This document shows, piece after piece, positions 1 to 12,737 of a DNA stretch of 64,000 nt (within the stretch, counting starts at the first letter, position 1; each line of letters opens with the position of its first letter). This DNA comes from Chiloscyllium plagiosum (Eukaryota). Below the pieces are notes generated by a model. That model was not told the DNA's origin. It saw nothing but the letters and a program-made list of their open reading frames with translations, and did not search any database. The translations under genes were made by a program, and so were the position numbers. The DNA lies in NCBI RefSeq assembly GCF_004010195.1, contig NC_057719.1, forward strand, positions 49,591,400 to 49,655,399. The letters run 5' to 3'.

Positions 1-190
1 GAGTGGAGGGCTGCGCGTTCCGAGGGTGAGAGGTTGGAGTGGGTGAGAGGGGTGGGGGAGTTCAGGTGGCGGTTAATATCGCGGCGGCAGTTGGCTATGA
101 AGAGGTCGAGGGCAGGTAGGAGGCCAGCACGGGGTGTCCAGGTGGATGGGGTGTGTTGGAGGCGGGAGAAGGGGTTGTCAGAGGGTGGGC
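1..190 (-). mobile_element. Penelope-like element ORF fragment (region N-terminal to RT)
   Basis: Minus translation PPSDNPFSRLQHTPSTWTPRAGLLPALDLFIANCRRDINRHLNSPTPLTHSNLSPSERAALHS, typical of the segment preceding KPADKG in vertebrate Penelope RT ORFs. Runs off the window edge. Confidence 0.75.
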
Positions 191-949
191 CAGGATACCC
201 TGCATCTGCTGTGGCCAGCAAGTGAGACTTAAACTGAGTTTCCAGTCCCGATGTAAGGACTCTACCACAGTGCCACAAGTCTCTGTCTTCACAAGTTTTG
301 TCAAAATACATTCTAAAAAAGGATTACACTGAGGTAACTTATTGGAAACACTCAGCAAGTTCGCTTATTTCTAGCATTTTCGGCTTTGATTTCAGGCTTC
401 CAGAATCCGCTGTATTTTGCTTTTTATAGTTAGATAAATTTGGCTTTAGGTAGGGAAAATAATTCGAAATTATTCAACCATGATGTGTAAGAGGGATTAA
501 GACACTGTTGCTTATGTCAGAATCCTATGCATCTCATACCCAAAAGAATGGAATATTGGCTAGAATTATAGAATTATTATGAATTACAAGCTTATAAAGA
601 GATTACTGTATTGAGAAAACAAGTTAATTCAATGGTGACACAAATGTTTGCAATCGGAAATCTAAGAAAATGTTTAACTCTCCACCCAGCCCAACCTCCC
701 AAAAAAATGAAACAAACTGAACTTGAAAATGGTCATCGTTGGAACCAAGTAAATCAAATTGCATGCAAATATTGACGCTAGACCTTTCTCTGACTCGATT
801 AAACAAATGAAAAAGTTGGAGGTGAAGTGTTGCGTGACAGAGCAGTTATAGTATGGAATCATAATGCTGCTGCTCTTTCCCACGGGCTGTAGGTTTTATA
901 CTCCACTTGGCTGTCAATGCTAATTGCCTGATTTACAGAATACAGTAAC

Positions 950-1950
950 ATTGCTGCTCAGCGGCAGCCAAGGGAATAGCGCTGACGCTTATCATGCGAA
1001 GTTAAAAATCACACAACACCAGGTTATAGTCCAACAGGTTTAATTGAAAGCGCTAGCTTTCGAAGCGCTGCTCCTTCACCGGTTACCTGCCAAACTGCGA
1101 TCTTTCATAATGTCATTCAGATAACCTCAAATTCAAACCACCCTCTAATAAAATTCCGAAAAAAAACGTTCAATTACAAAACTTCGCCATTTTGCAGTTG
1201 TTCGGTTAAAAAAAAGTTTCATTGACAACAATCACATTTCGAGTCAGAATTAAAACAGATATATGTGGCTCAGTAAATGAATCTAACCCTCCCTGGGTCA
1301 AGTGGGGGGTGGTGGAGGACGTGTCAACAGAAAACGGTTGGGTCGAGACCGTGACCAGGCGATTAAACCTGTATTAAGAATTAACCAATTGGTTGCAAAA
1401 CAAAATCTTTCCAGCAAGTTTCAGCAGCTCGCCGGCCATGAAAAGGTGAGTGTAAACAGGCAGCTAGAAATCAGCAGCGTTTCAACACTCAAGAGGGTCA
1501 GCGCTAGGCAGTCAGGAGGAAACCCCGGAGGCACACACGTTGCAGGTACATGATGGGAAGGGGGCTATCTGAGCTGAGAGTCAGGGTCTGGAGGTTGTAC
1601 GTCTGACCGCAGCGAGGAGCAATAGGTCGGCACAGCCATCGAGCGGCGCTACTACCCACAGAGCAGCAGCAGCAGGTTCCGGAAGGGAGCAGGGGACACC
1701 GGGGAGAAGCACAGAGACTGAGAGTTGCAGTCATTGGAGGCTATTAACCTGATGAAGAGGCTTACCGACAAAGACCGCTCCTCGGAGATGTTGGGGAAGT
1801 GAGGACCAACTGTGTCATTCAACTTTGACACCATATGGAAATTCGGAGACCGCTGTGGGATAGCCCAGTTAGCGGCCTTCTGTATGACTGTGTGCTCACA
1901 GATACCGAATAGCAGAGGCAGGCCGATGCTTAGGTTTTGCTAAGGATCAA
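950..1950. promoter_or_regulatory. Candidate CpG-rich promoter region
   Basis: Visibly more CpG than flanks; YY1-like CAAAATGGCG on minus at ~1185-1194; CCAAT/ATTGG at 1385-1392; gccggccATGAAAAG|gtgagt at 1431-1451. No gene identified. Confidence 0.3.
999..1082 (-). mobile_element. Penelope pseudo-LTR fragment with degenerate hammerhead
   Basis: Same sequence as the pLTR at 55389-55470 and the reverse complement of 58215-58280 (gttaaaaatcacac...ttatagtccaacaggttt...gcgctgctccttca). Confidence 0.7.
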
Positions 1951-2195
1951 ACCAGTCGGGTTGATAGGGTGTTGGAGTAAGGGCCCAGGCTGGATTCTCC
2001 TAAGATGCCGCGGATAATACATGTGGCTATCAATTTTCATACAGAACAGCCTGAGTCTTCCAGAATGGGACTTCCTCTCCACTTGCTGAATATACAGCTA
2101 GTTTGTGTATTGCAAATGTGTCTAAGGTTGCAGAAAGCTGTCACTCTTCACATTCTCAGGTAGAGGGGAGGCAATGTGCAAAGCTCATGTCATTC

Positions 2196-2291
2196 CAGAG
2201 TCATACTCATAGAGTCATAGAGATGTACAGCATGGAAACAGACCCTTTGGCCCAACCCGTCCATGCTGACCAGATATCCCAACCCAATCTC
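2196..2291 (-). mobile_element. CR1 (HER1-type) LINE 3' tail
   Basis: agagtcatagagatgtacagcatggaaacagaccc... is the reverse complement of the CR1 3' end seen at 17250-17330 and 41560-41640. Confidence 0.8.
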
Positions 2292-2432
2292 AGTGTTCAC
2301 TGAGGAGAGGAACATGATGAATCTTGAGATTAGAGATAGAAGTTTGATTAGTCTGGATCACGTTGACATAAGTAGGGAAGACGTGTTGGGTAGGCTAGAG
2401 GTTATTCAGGATGGATACTCTTTGCTACCTTC

Positions 2433-2481
<49 letters not shown>

Positions 2482-4237
2482 NNNNNNNNNNNNNNNNNNN
2501 NNNNNNNNNNNNNNNNNNNNNNNNNNNNNNNNNNNNNNNNNNNNNNNNNNNNNNNNNNNNNNNNNNNNNNNNNNNNNNNNNNNNNNNNNNNNNNNNNNNN
2601 NNNNNNNNNNNNNNNNNNNNNNNNNNNNNNNNNNNNNNNNNNNNNNNNNNNNNNNNNNNNNNNNNNNNNNNNNNNNNNNNNNNNNNNNNNNNNNNNNNNN
2701 NNNNNNNNNNNNNNNNNNNNNNNNNNNNNNNNNNNNNNNNNNNNNNNNNNNNNNNNNNNNNNNNNNNNNNNNNNNNNNNNNNNNNNNNNNNNNNNNNNNN
2801 NNNNNNNNNNNNNNNNNNNNNNNNNNNNNNNNNNNNNNNNNNNNNNNNNNNNNNNNNNNNNNNNNNNNNNNNNNNNNNNNNNNNNNNNNNNNNNNNNNNN
2901 NNNNNNNNNNNNNNNNNNNNNNNNNNNNNNNNNNNNNNNNNNNNNNNNNNNNNNNNNNNNNNNNNNNNNNNNNNNNNNNNNNNNNNNNNNNNNNNNNNNN
3001 NNNNNNNNNNNNNNNNNNNNNNNNNNNNNNNNNNNNNNNNNNNNNNNNNNNNNNNNNNNNNNNNNNNNNNNNNNNNNNNNNNNNNNNNNNNNNNNNNNNN
3101 NNNNNNNNNNNNNNNNNNNNNNNNNNNNNNNNNNNNNNNNNNNNNNNNNNNNNNNNNNNNNNNNNNNNNNNNNNNNNNNNNNNNNNNNNNNNNNNNNNNN
3201 NNNNNNNNNNNNNNNNNNNNNNNNNNNNNNNNNNNNNNNNNNNNNNNNNNNNNNNNNNNNNNNNNNNNNNNNNNNNNNNNNNNNNNNATCTAGAAGAGGG
3301 CACTGTTGGTATGATCAGCAAGTTTGCAGATGACACGAAGATTAGTGGAGTAGCAGAAAGCATAAGGGACTGTCAGAGAATACAGGAAGATATAGATAGA
3401 CTGGAGAGTTGGGCGGAAAAGTGGCAGATGGATTTCAATTCAGACAAATGTGAGGTGATGCATTTAGGCAAGAGTGAATTATACAATGAACGGAAGAGCC
3501 AAGGGAAAAGTTGATGGGCAGAGAGATCTGGGAGTGCAGGTCCATTGTACCCTGAAGGTTGCTGCACAGGTGGATAGAGTGGTCAAGAAGGCATATAGTA
3601 TGCTTGCCTTCATTAGAAGGGGTATTGAGTATAAGAGCTGGCAAGTCATATTAAAATTGTACAAACATTGGTTTGCCCGCATTTAGAATACTATGTACTG
3701 TTCTGATCGCCATATTACCAAAAGGATGTGGACACTTTGGAGAGGGTGCAGAGAAGGTTTATGAGGATGTTGCCTGGTATGGAAGGTGCTAGCTATGAAG
3801 AGAGGTTGAGTAGGTTAGGTTTATTTTCACTAGAAAAAAGGAGATTGAGGGGGGACCCGATTGAGGTTTACAAAATCATGAAGGGTATAGACAGGGTGGA
3901 TAGAGACAAGCTTTTTTCCAGGGTGAAGGATTCAAAAACGAGTGGTCACGCTTTCAAGGTGAGAGGTGGAAAGTTTAAGGGGGATACATGTGGCAAGTAC
4001 TTCACACAGAGGATGATAGGTGTTTGGAACACGTTGCCAGCAGAGGTGGTAGAGACAGGCAAGGTAGATTCATTTAAGATGTGTCTGGACAGATGCATGA
4101 GTAGGTGGGGAGCAGAGGGATACAGATGCTTAGGAATTGACCGACTGGTTTAGATAGTACATTTGGATTGGCTCAGGCTTGGAGGGCCGAACGGCCTGTT
4201 CCTGGGCTGTAAATTTTCTTTGTTCTTTGTTCTTGTT
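2290..4237 (+). mobile_element. CR1 LINE ORF2 (RT) 3' portion, spanning assembly gap
   Basis: SVFTEE..SREDVLGRL before the gap; [45 protein letters not shown] after it; ends in (ttgttct)n tail. Confidence 0.9.
2482..3287. other. Assembly gap (N run), preceded by poly-C 2434-2481
   Basis: Ns in sequence. Confidence 1.
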
Positions 4238-4433
4238 CTAATCTAGTCCCACCTGCCAGCACCCCGCCCATATCCCTCCAAACCCTTCCTATTCATATAC
4301 CCATCCAAATGACTCTTAAATGTTGCAATTGTACCAGCCTCCACCACTTCCTCTGGCAGCTCATTCCATACATGTACCACCCTCTGTGTGAAAAAGTTGC
4401 CCCGTAGGTTTCTTTTATATCTTTCCCCTCTCA
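4238..4433 (-). mobile_element. CR1 LINE 3' fragment
   Basis: RGERYKRNLRGNFFTQRVVHVWNELPEEVVEAGTIATFK; tail-to-tail with the preceding CR1. Confidence 0.9.
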
Positions 4434-4434
4434 G

Positions 4435-4775
4435 GATGCCGCCTAATGTTCTGGGGACTTGGGTTTGAATCCCATGTGAAGTAAAAGCTGGAATCTTTTT
4501 GACAGGGAGATTTTCCATCCTTACCTGGACTGGCCTACTCCTAACTGCAGAATCACATCATTATGACTGAATCATAGCTGCTCTCTGAAATGGCCTAGCA
4601 AGTCACTCAATTGGAACAAACTGCTACAAAGTCTAAAGAAATGAATTAAACCAGACAGACCACTTGCATTGACCTAAATGTCAGAAATGATAGCAGCAAA
4701 GCCAGTCATATGATCTCTACAATATACTCCGAATGGACATCTAGGGGTTTGTGCCAAAATTGGGAGAGCTGTTTA
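4435..4775 (+). mobile_element. SacSINE1/Deu-like head joined to start of LINE endonuclease
   Basis: B-box gggtttgaatccc; Deu-like ccttacctggactggcctac...ctctgaaatggcctagcaagtcactca; then gtgccaaaattgggagagctg (VPKLGEL). Confidence 0.6.
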
Positions 4776-4777
4776 GT

Positions 4778-5127
4778 TATAGAACATAGAAAAGCACAGC
4801 ACATAACAGGCCCTTTGGCCTATGATGTTGTGTCGAGGTTTAATCCTAATGTAAAATATAGTACCTACGCACCCCTCAACTCAGTGCTAACCATGTGCAT
4901 GTCCAGTAGTCGCTTAAATGTTCCCAATGATTCTGCTTCCACCACCACAGCTGGCAACGCATTCCATGTGTTCACAACTCTCTGCATAAAGAACCTACCT
5001 CTGACATCTCCTTTATACCTTCCTCCTAATATCTTCAGACTATGATTCCTCGAACGAATCAATCCTGCCCTGGGGAAAAGTCTCTGGCTATTGACTCTAT
5101 CTATGCCACTCATTATTTTGTATACCT
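4778..5127 (-). mobile_element. CR1 LINE 3' fragment
   Basis: GIDRVNSQRLFPR...DVRGRFFMQRVVNTWNALP; (tatgttc)-type tail. Confidence 0.85.
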
Positions 5128-5229
5128 GTTATGAAACAGCCTAATATTCTGCAAGGGATGATTGCATGAGTAAAAGTATGTCTCAGATACCATCATCATC
5201 CCACTGGCAGTACAGATCCACCAGAGGTA

Positions 5230-7535
5230 ACAGCATAGTGGTACAGTCAGAAGGGAGTCGCCCTGGTAGTCCTCAACATTGACACTGATTTGGTGGGGTG
5301 GGTAACACCAGCAGTTAGAACAAGTGTCAGAATAGTCTTGGGGAATGGACCCTCATGAGCAGTCCCAGTATTGATAGCCAATGTACCAGAAAATATTATT
5401 GGCATGGACTTATTAAAAGGTACCACCTTGCAAACCCCACTAGACAAATTCTCTTTTAGTATACGCGCTGTGACCATTACCGTTGGCAAGGCAAAATGGA
5501 AACTCCTCATTATCCCTCCACCCACACGGGTGGTTTCAATGGAACAGAATCGTATTCCGAGAGGAAATTGGGGATACTACATCGGGCTGTTAGCTGCAGG
5601 CATTGTGACACATACAGTATCTGTGTGCAATAGACCAATATGGCCTGTGAAGAAGTCTGATGCAAGTTGGCGAATGACAGTTGATTATCACCAACTCAAC
5701 AAATACTCTCCTTCACTGTCAGTGGTTGTGCCTGATGTGGTCACTATTATAGAAAGTTTGGCATGGGGCCAGATGCCTGGTTTGCCATTATTAATCTAGC
5801 AAATGCCTTCTTTTTGATACTGATAGCCCCAGAATCACAAGCGCAGTTTGCTTTTGCATGGGAGGGTCACCAATTACCTCCTGTTGGCTACCACAAGGAT
5901 ACAAACAAAGCCCAACCTTATGCCATGGGCTAGGAGCAAAGGACTTTGATATGTGTCCACTGCAACCAGACATTCATATAGCACATTATATTGATGACAT
6001 CTTAATCCAGAGACCACGGTGGCAGAAGCTCTGGTCACACTGGTGCAAAGGCTGAGAAGTGAACCCAAAGAAGTTACAGGGACCAGCACAATCAGTGCAG
6101 TTTTTGGGCATTCAGTGGACAAAAGGGAATAGAGTTATCCATGAAAAGAAATGGCTGTCCCAAGTAGCAAGACTAAGGCACACAAATTTATAGGTCTGCT
6201 CAGATATTGGTGCAGATATATACCTCACTTGACCATGTTACTAAGACCTCTGTATAACATCACTCAAAAGAAAGCACCGTTTGAATGGGGCAATGAAAAG
6301 CATGAAGCATTTATGGCTGCTAAAGAGGCTGTAGCATTAGCACTGCCCCTGGCTCCCCAAATACCTGGCATCCCCTTTGAATTACAAGTATTAGTAGTGC
6401 AAGATGTAGCCACATGGAGCTTAAGGCAGAGACAGAAGGGGAAAGCAATACCTTTGGGTTTCTGGTCCAGAAAGCTGACTGAGGCAGCTACACGTGGAGC
6501 AGGAGAGTCAATGTTTCGAGCATATGCTCTTCATCAGGACATGTGGTGCTGGAAAAGCACAACAGGCCAGGATGTTGCCTGATCTGTTGTGCCTGATCTG
6601 CTGTGTTTTTCCAGCATCAAAGTCTTCGACTCTGATCTCCAGCATCTACAGTCCTCAGCTTCTCCTGAGGCAGCTACATGTTACACACCATTTGAAAAGC
6701 AAATTCTGGCCTACTACTGGTCTTTAGCAGAGACTGAAGGGCAGTTGGGCAAGGACAAAGTGTTCCTCATACCTGAATTACCCATTCTGACATGGGCGTT
6801 ATATGACATAGTGACCTACAAGGTCAGTACAGCCTAACAAAGCTCCATTGTAAAATGGAAATGGTACATAACTGATCAAGCCAAGAAGGGAAAGGAAGGG
6901 GTTGCCAAACTCCATGTGCAAATAGCTGAATACCCATCTGGTGAACAAACTCAAAGTTCTGACCTGGCCATGCCTGCATCTCCAATTCAATTGGGCCTTC
7001 CATTCAAACACTGCCTGTGGATACTCGTTACTGTGCTTGGTTCACTGATGGATCAGCCATCTGGAAGACTGGTTCAAGGTGGTGGTGAGCAGCTATACAT
7101 AATCTCTCCACACAGGTGATTATCCATAGTGAAGGAGATGGAAGAATGAGCCAGTATGCGGAATTGGCAGTTGTGGTCCTAGCGCAGGAAGAAGAGAGTC
7201 AGTGTCTGCACATTTGTACTGACTCATGGGTGATGGCCAATGAGATGGCTGTATGGATGCAAACCTGGTAGTCACATGACTGGAAGTTTTCTGGAAAGCC
7301 CCTGTGGGGAACCGAACTGTGGAAACAAATATGGGTAAAGGAACAGCACATAAAAATTGCTGTAAACCAGTGGATGCCCATATGAAGGATGGTTCTGAAT
7401 CTGCTGATCACAACAATACTGTAGACAGAATAGTAAAAGTCCGAACAGTTGAAGATGCATCCCAAGAGTATCACATTGGAAAATGGGCTCCTGGAAAGTG
7501 AGGATGTTTAAGGTATCATGGCATTCACATCACTC
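5230..7535 (+). mobile_element. Decayed endogenous retrovirus pro-pol, class III (ERV-L/ERV-S-like)
   Basis: Protease end ENIIGMDLL; RT PIWPVKKSDASWRMTVDYHQLNK, LPQGYKQSPTLCH, HYIDDILI; tether PLGFWSRKL..YTPFEKQILAYYWSL; RNase H AWFTDGS, SQYAELA, CTDSWVMANEMAVW, GKPLWG. Multiple stops and frameshifts. Confidence 0.85.
6496..6664. mobile_element. Short Penelope-derived insert with hammerhead core, inside ERV pol
   Basis: TSD ctgaggcagctaca(c/t)gt at 6479-6495 and 6665-6681; minus strand CTGATGA-A-GAGC-ATAT-GCTC-GAAA at ~6514-6537. Confidence 0.8.
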
Positions 7536-7539
7536 GTCA

Positions 7540-8240
7540 CATCTTGCCAATCAAAGACCCATTTCTGCATGGTCTCTGGTTTCTGCCAGTCAGCCAATCT
7601 TTGCCCATGAAAAATATTACCCCAGAGACATCAACTTTTATCTTCAGCAATAACCTTTCATTAGTAGTAATTTTCTCAAGTGGCACCTTATCAAATGCCT
7701 TCTGGAAATCCAAACTCCCCTTCATCAATGATGCTTGGTTGCCTTCAAACAAAATTCCAATAAATTGGATCAACATGATTTCTTTTTGTCAAAACAACAC
7801 TGACTCTTCTGGATAACTTTGAAGCGCTAGCTATAGTCTCTTTATTTATTGATTTTAATAACTTCTCCAGAACAGACCTCAAGATAATTGTTCTATAGTT
7901 TCTTTTTTATACTTTTCTCATTTTTTGAATAGAATGGTTATACTTGCTACTCTCCAGTCTGATGGAATCTTTCTTGGATCTAGGTATTTTGGAAAATTAA
8001 CACTGTTGCATCGAATATCCCATTAACAACCTCTTTCAAGTCCTTTAAATAAAGTCCACCTAAACTGGGAATCTTGATAGCTTGCAGCTCCATCAGTTTA
8101 CCTAGTACCACTTCCCTCATGATTGTAACTTTGCTAAGTTCCTCTCTACTTTCGTCCTCCTGATTTCCAGCTGCTACTGGAATATCTCTTGTATCCTCTA
8201 AACAAAGCAAAATATATGTTTATTTCATCTGCCATTTCCA
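7540..8240 (-). mobile_element. Degenerate CR1 ORF2 fragment
   Basis: LDFQKAFDKVP, DWLTGRNQR, REVVLGKLMEL...LKEVVNGI. Confidence 0.75.
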
Positions 8241-8749
8241 TTTTCTATTCATTTATGGGATGTGGGCTTCACTAGCTGAGCCAGCAATTATTGCCCAACT
8301 CTAGTTGTATCTCATTGAGATGAACTGATTTATTGAACTGCAGTAGTCTATTTGGCATAGCTCCATTCACTCAGGAACACTGAAAGAAAGGCAGTATATT
8401 TCCAAATCAGAATGTGTGGCTTGGAGCAGAACTTTCACGTGGTAGTTTTCCCATGTATCTGCTGCATTTGTACTTCTTGATGGTGGCTTTTTTTTGCTCA
8501 AAGGAAATGTTGCTGTGTTAGGATTATTGCAATTATGTAGAATTTACATTATGTAATAACACAATGCAAAAAATGACTGAAGACAAATGTCAACCAGATA
8601 AGAATAAGGCCTCTTGTAAGCTCTTTTATAATGTCACTGATCTTCAAACAACACTTCATTTATAGGTTGCAATTGAATCAATACTTAATAAACTCCCTTT
8701 CAAATAATAGATGTTGAGTCATTACTTTTGTTTTGTCTTACTTATTCCT

Positions 8750-9063
8750 GGCTACATGGTGATTCAGTGGTTAGCACTGCTGAATCACAGCGCCAGGGAT
8801 CCAGGTTTGATTACATCCTTGGGCAACTGTCTCCCTGTGTCTGCGTGGGTTTCTTCTGAGGGCTCTGGTTTCCTCCCACAGTCCAAAGATGTGCAGGTTA
8901 GGTCGATTGACTATGTTAAATTGCCCATAGTGTCCAGGGACATGTAAGTTAGGTGGATTAGCCATGGGTAATGCAGATCTACAAGGATAGGATAAGGGGG
9001 AGGTTTGGAAGAGATGCTATTCGGAGGGTTGGTGTGGCCTGCTTGCACACTGTAGGGATTCTA
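8750..9063 (+). mobile_element. V-SINE (HE1-like), diverged
   Basis: tRNA-like head cagtggttagcactgctg; V-domain gtgtctgcgtgggttt...cctcccacagtccaaagatgtgcagg. Confidence 0.85.
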
Positions 9064-10389
9064 AGAACTGAAATTACCAGCATGGTCAAGCCTCAGAACA
9101 GTACTGACTTGCAGATCTGTTTTTACCTGTTCAGCTTATTTTTATATTTTGAAATATTAGAATCCACTCAACAGGGAACTTGCAAACTAGCTCCTAATGA
9201 TAGTTGACAGTCTACAACATCAAATGCTCTGGTGAAAATGAATTGTTTAACCAGCAGCATAAAGTTCAGTTCTTCTCCTGTTTCACTCCCCATCACTGCC
9301 ACAAAATATATTCAATCTGTCAGAATTTTACCCACTCACTTAACCTATTTGTATCTCTGCATTTTCCTTACCTGTTCTTCACAACATACGTTTCTCCCTT
9401 TCCCTAGTGTCATCTGTGAATTCCTTCTCCTGTTATGTTCCCCACCACTGCGTTAAAATTCATGAAGAATTTAGTAGCAGTTTAGTAACGACATAAACAT
9501 AAGAATAGACTTTGTAAGAATTTAATGTTTTCCCAAAATTCAACTCTCTTGTACTATCATTCTGTATCAAAAAGATGTTTAATTCTCTTGATAATGTAGT
9601 GAGTACATGCAGTAGCTTGGGTGTCTGTGAGCTTTACAAATCAACACTATTTGTGCTACTTTAACTGAGCTGGACCATGGTAGTACATGTGTTAGTGGTA
9701 TAGTGAGTGGACAAAAATAGACCAAGTTTGGACTTCTGATGATATCCAATTATATGTGTTTGGATTTTAATTGCGAAAAAGAAGCACATTGTTAAAAGTA
9801 GTGTCTTCTGTCACTCTCAACAGTCTAGATTTTGCAGTAAAATAAATATTGAGGCTGGAATCAAGCCCAGGTCCCTGGCACTGTGAGCCAGCAGTGCTAA
9901 CCACTGAGCCACCCGTGCTGCCTCAGTAAATGCACCAGAGTGTTCTTGTGATACAGTAGTGGTGTTCCGACCTCTGGCCTAAAAGACCTGGGTTTAAGTC
10001 CCACTGTTCAAAAGGTTTGTCATAACACATCTGAACAGGTTGATTACAAATATCGATATGGACCACATAGTTAGTAACTTGTCAAGAATTGAGAGGACAT
10101 GCCTAGCAGGGGATGATTGAGTGAGACTGCAGATATTTTTTCTTTAAGACGGGGAAGAGACAATGAACAGCTCATTGTTATCTACAGACTTACGATGAAG
10201 GTTGAGTTGTCATTCAAGTGCAAAAAGAGGGTCATTGATGTTGTGCTCAATTGTGATTATGATCATTTCTCCATCTAAGGGACCTGCGGTTGTGGCTGTG
10301 TTTGAGATGACACCACCTACTCTGAAATGACTGGAGCAGCACAAGGAACAATATGTGTAGCAATACAGATCGCTGCAAACGAAAATGGG

Positions 10390-10750
10390 GGATAGGATGG
10401 GCCCAAAGGGGCCATCTCTGAACTGGTATTACAGAGGATCAGCTTCCTGAATATATCAGATCAGCAGTGGCTCTAACAGTTACGCCTGTCACGACAGATA
10501 AGAGTTCTGACTGAGTTGTATGCATTCCTTGACGATTATCTTAGGTCACAAGGTATAAGGGGACATCTTATGTCTGTAGCTGTCAAGATGACAGTGACCT
10601 TAGCCTTTCTGATATCTGCTGCATTTTTGGAGTCAGCAGCACTTCCCACTTGGCAGCTGGTACACATTTTAAGAGGGCATCAGATTTTGTTGCCTTCAAT
10701 GCAGGTACAACCAGTCAGGTACAAGGAAGTTTTTGGGTTTGTCTGAAATG
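10390..10750 (+). mobile_element. PIF/Harbinger transposase (HARBI1-like) N-terminal remnant
   Basis: QRISFLNISDQQWL*QLRLSRQ..TELYAFLDDYLRSQGIRGHLMSVAVKMTVTLAFLISAAF resembles the Harbinger nuclease HTH region (…LPVAVKVTAALNFFASGSFQ). Confidence 0.6.
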
Positions 10751-11663
10751 CTTATTCCCTCAGATGCAGGATATGATCAACTTCACCCATCAGGAACTTC
10801 TTGTCACAGCTTAAGGTAAGGAGGTAGGACATTATGATGAAATGCCAGTTTCTCAAAACAAGTGTCATGACACATACTTGGTAATAAACATGGCCCTTTT
10901 CATTCTTTTCAAGTGGAAAGTGCATTTTAACCAAGCTTGATAATCTGCAGCCAGGTGAATCCCACAGTGATGCTGCCACTGCCTCTCTGTCCTCAGGTGA
11001 GAACTCCTCAGTGATTCCTCCTGTGGCTGGAGCAGATATGGAAGAGGCAGGCTGCTCAAATGAGTACCCCAGTGCCCAATGTACCCCTTTTCAAGTATGT
11101 AATGTGCATCAGTGTGCTGTGCAGCTTTATTTGTGCAGGGACAGTCTTAGTCACAGGGGCATGAGGTAAATATGTGCCTCAGTCGGAGAAGGGAAGGCAA
11201 TGTCTTCAGAAGATTGAGCCCCTTGAGTAATAGCCCCGTAAACCTGGACCATATTTGGTTCTGAGAATCCTGCCAAATAACTGGGCTTACAAAATTATTC
11301 TCCCAAATGTACGTTGCTTTGATTGAGCCCTTTGCTTGAATGAGAGCTGTCACTGGGCACATATCTTCTCCTAAATATTGCATACTTTCAAGGTATCCAT
11401 CTCAGAGGATGCAGTGCCTTAAGATCCTTATAGTTTGCAGCCTAAATTGGTATATTACTAACTGTAGTATAAGGGTTTGTAAAGGTTAATGTGTGAGGGT
11501 GTGCACCTCTCATAATGATAATGTCACAGGTCACATGACTGACAGATTGGAAGGGAGAATGATCATAGTTTCTGCAAAGTAAGACTTCGTCATGTATGTA
11601 TTTAGTATATAATAAACTTGTTTTTTGAATATGTTAATGTCTCACTAACCATTCTGAAAATAG

Positions 11664-11763
11664 GCAGAAGTGGGTACTGCAGATGCTAGAGTAGAGTCAA
11701 GATTAGAGTGGTGCTGGAAAAGCACAGCAGGTCAGGCAGCATCCAAGGAGCAGGAAGGGCTTT
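11664..11763 (-). mobile_element. Short Penelope-derived insert in Gypsy LTR
   Basis: TSD tgaaaatag at 11655-11663 and 11764-11772; body matches the left arm of 44718-44770. Confidence 0.7.
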
Positions 11764-12286
11764 TGAAAATAGACTAACCAACATGCAATGTGATGGCAGC
11801 AGCAATAAATCCAAAGCACTGGAAATTCAACTTTAAGCATGAGTAACAGTCAGACCTGAAAAAGTGGCGCCCAAAGTATCAAACTCAATAGCAGACAATT
11901 GGGGAACTCCAAAGCTGCTCCGTAGCCAAAGTGGAGGTAATGAGGTTTGGAAAATTAGCTTTCAAAGTCATTCAAGGCTGTGCCATAGCAGTAAGAGTGA
12001 TCTGTGAAGAAAATCCTGATCCAGCAATCACAGACTTGAAATCAGAGAACCAAGCAAAGTCTGTAGATCTGGTGAGAAGCTCTTAAAAAGAGTTTTAAAA
12101 GGGTGGATTCTAATGGCATAATAGGCAGACATCACTTGAAAAACCCAGAATGCAGGCAAGGGCAGCTTAAACTAAAATCCCTGCAGTCAAGATCCTAACT
12201 CAAAGCAACAATGGCAAAGAAGCAAAGAAAAATCAAATGAAAAGCTATTCCAAATATGTGATATTCCAGGGAAAGGGAGGGAAGGA

Positions 12287-12737
12287 ATAGAGTCATACAG
12301 CATGGAACAGACCCTTTGGTCCAACTCAAACCAGACATCCCAGTCTGACATGATCCCATTTGCCAGCATTTGGCTCATATCCCTGTAAACCATTCCTAGT
12401 CATATACCCATCCAGATGCCTTTTTAATGGTGTAATTGTACAAACCTCTACCACTTCCTCAGGCAGCTTGTTCCATACATCCGCCACCCTCTGTGTGATA
12501 AAGCTACCCCTCGGGTCCTTTTTAAATCTTTCCCCTCTCACCTTAAACCTATGTCCTCTAGTTCTGGACTCCCCCACCCTAGGAAAAAATACCTTGGCTA
12601 ATCATCCTATCCAAGACCCTCTTGGTTTTATAAACCTCTATGAGGTCACCCCTTCAGTCACCGATTCTCCAGGGAAAAGTGCCGTAGCCTATGCAGCCTT
12701 CCCCATAGCTCAAACCCTTCAGACCTGGCAACATCCG
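12287..12737 (-). mobile_element. CR1 LINE 3' fragment
   Basis: GESRTRGHRFKVRGERFKKDPRGSFITQRVADVWNKLPEEVVE. Confidence 0.9.

Noticed and set aside
1749..1780. CTGATGAAGAGG as a hammerhead
   Set aside because: No paired stem II followed by GAAA, and no Penelope-type flanks.
2263..3514. Long poly-Pro/poly-Gly ORFs of 312-367 aa
   Set aside because: Artefacts of a poly-C run and the N gap; the flanks are CR1.
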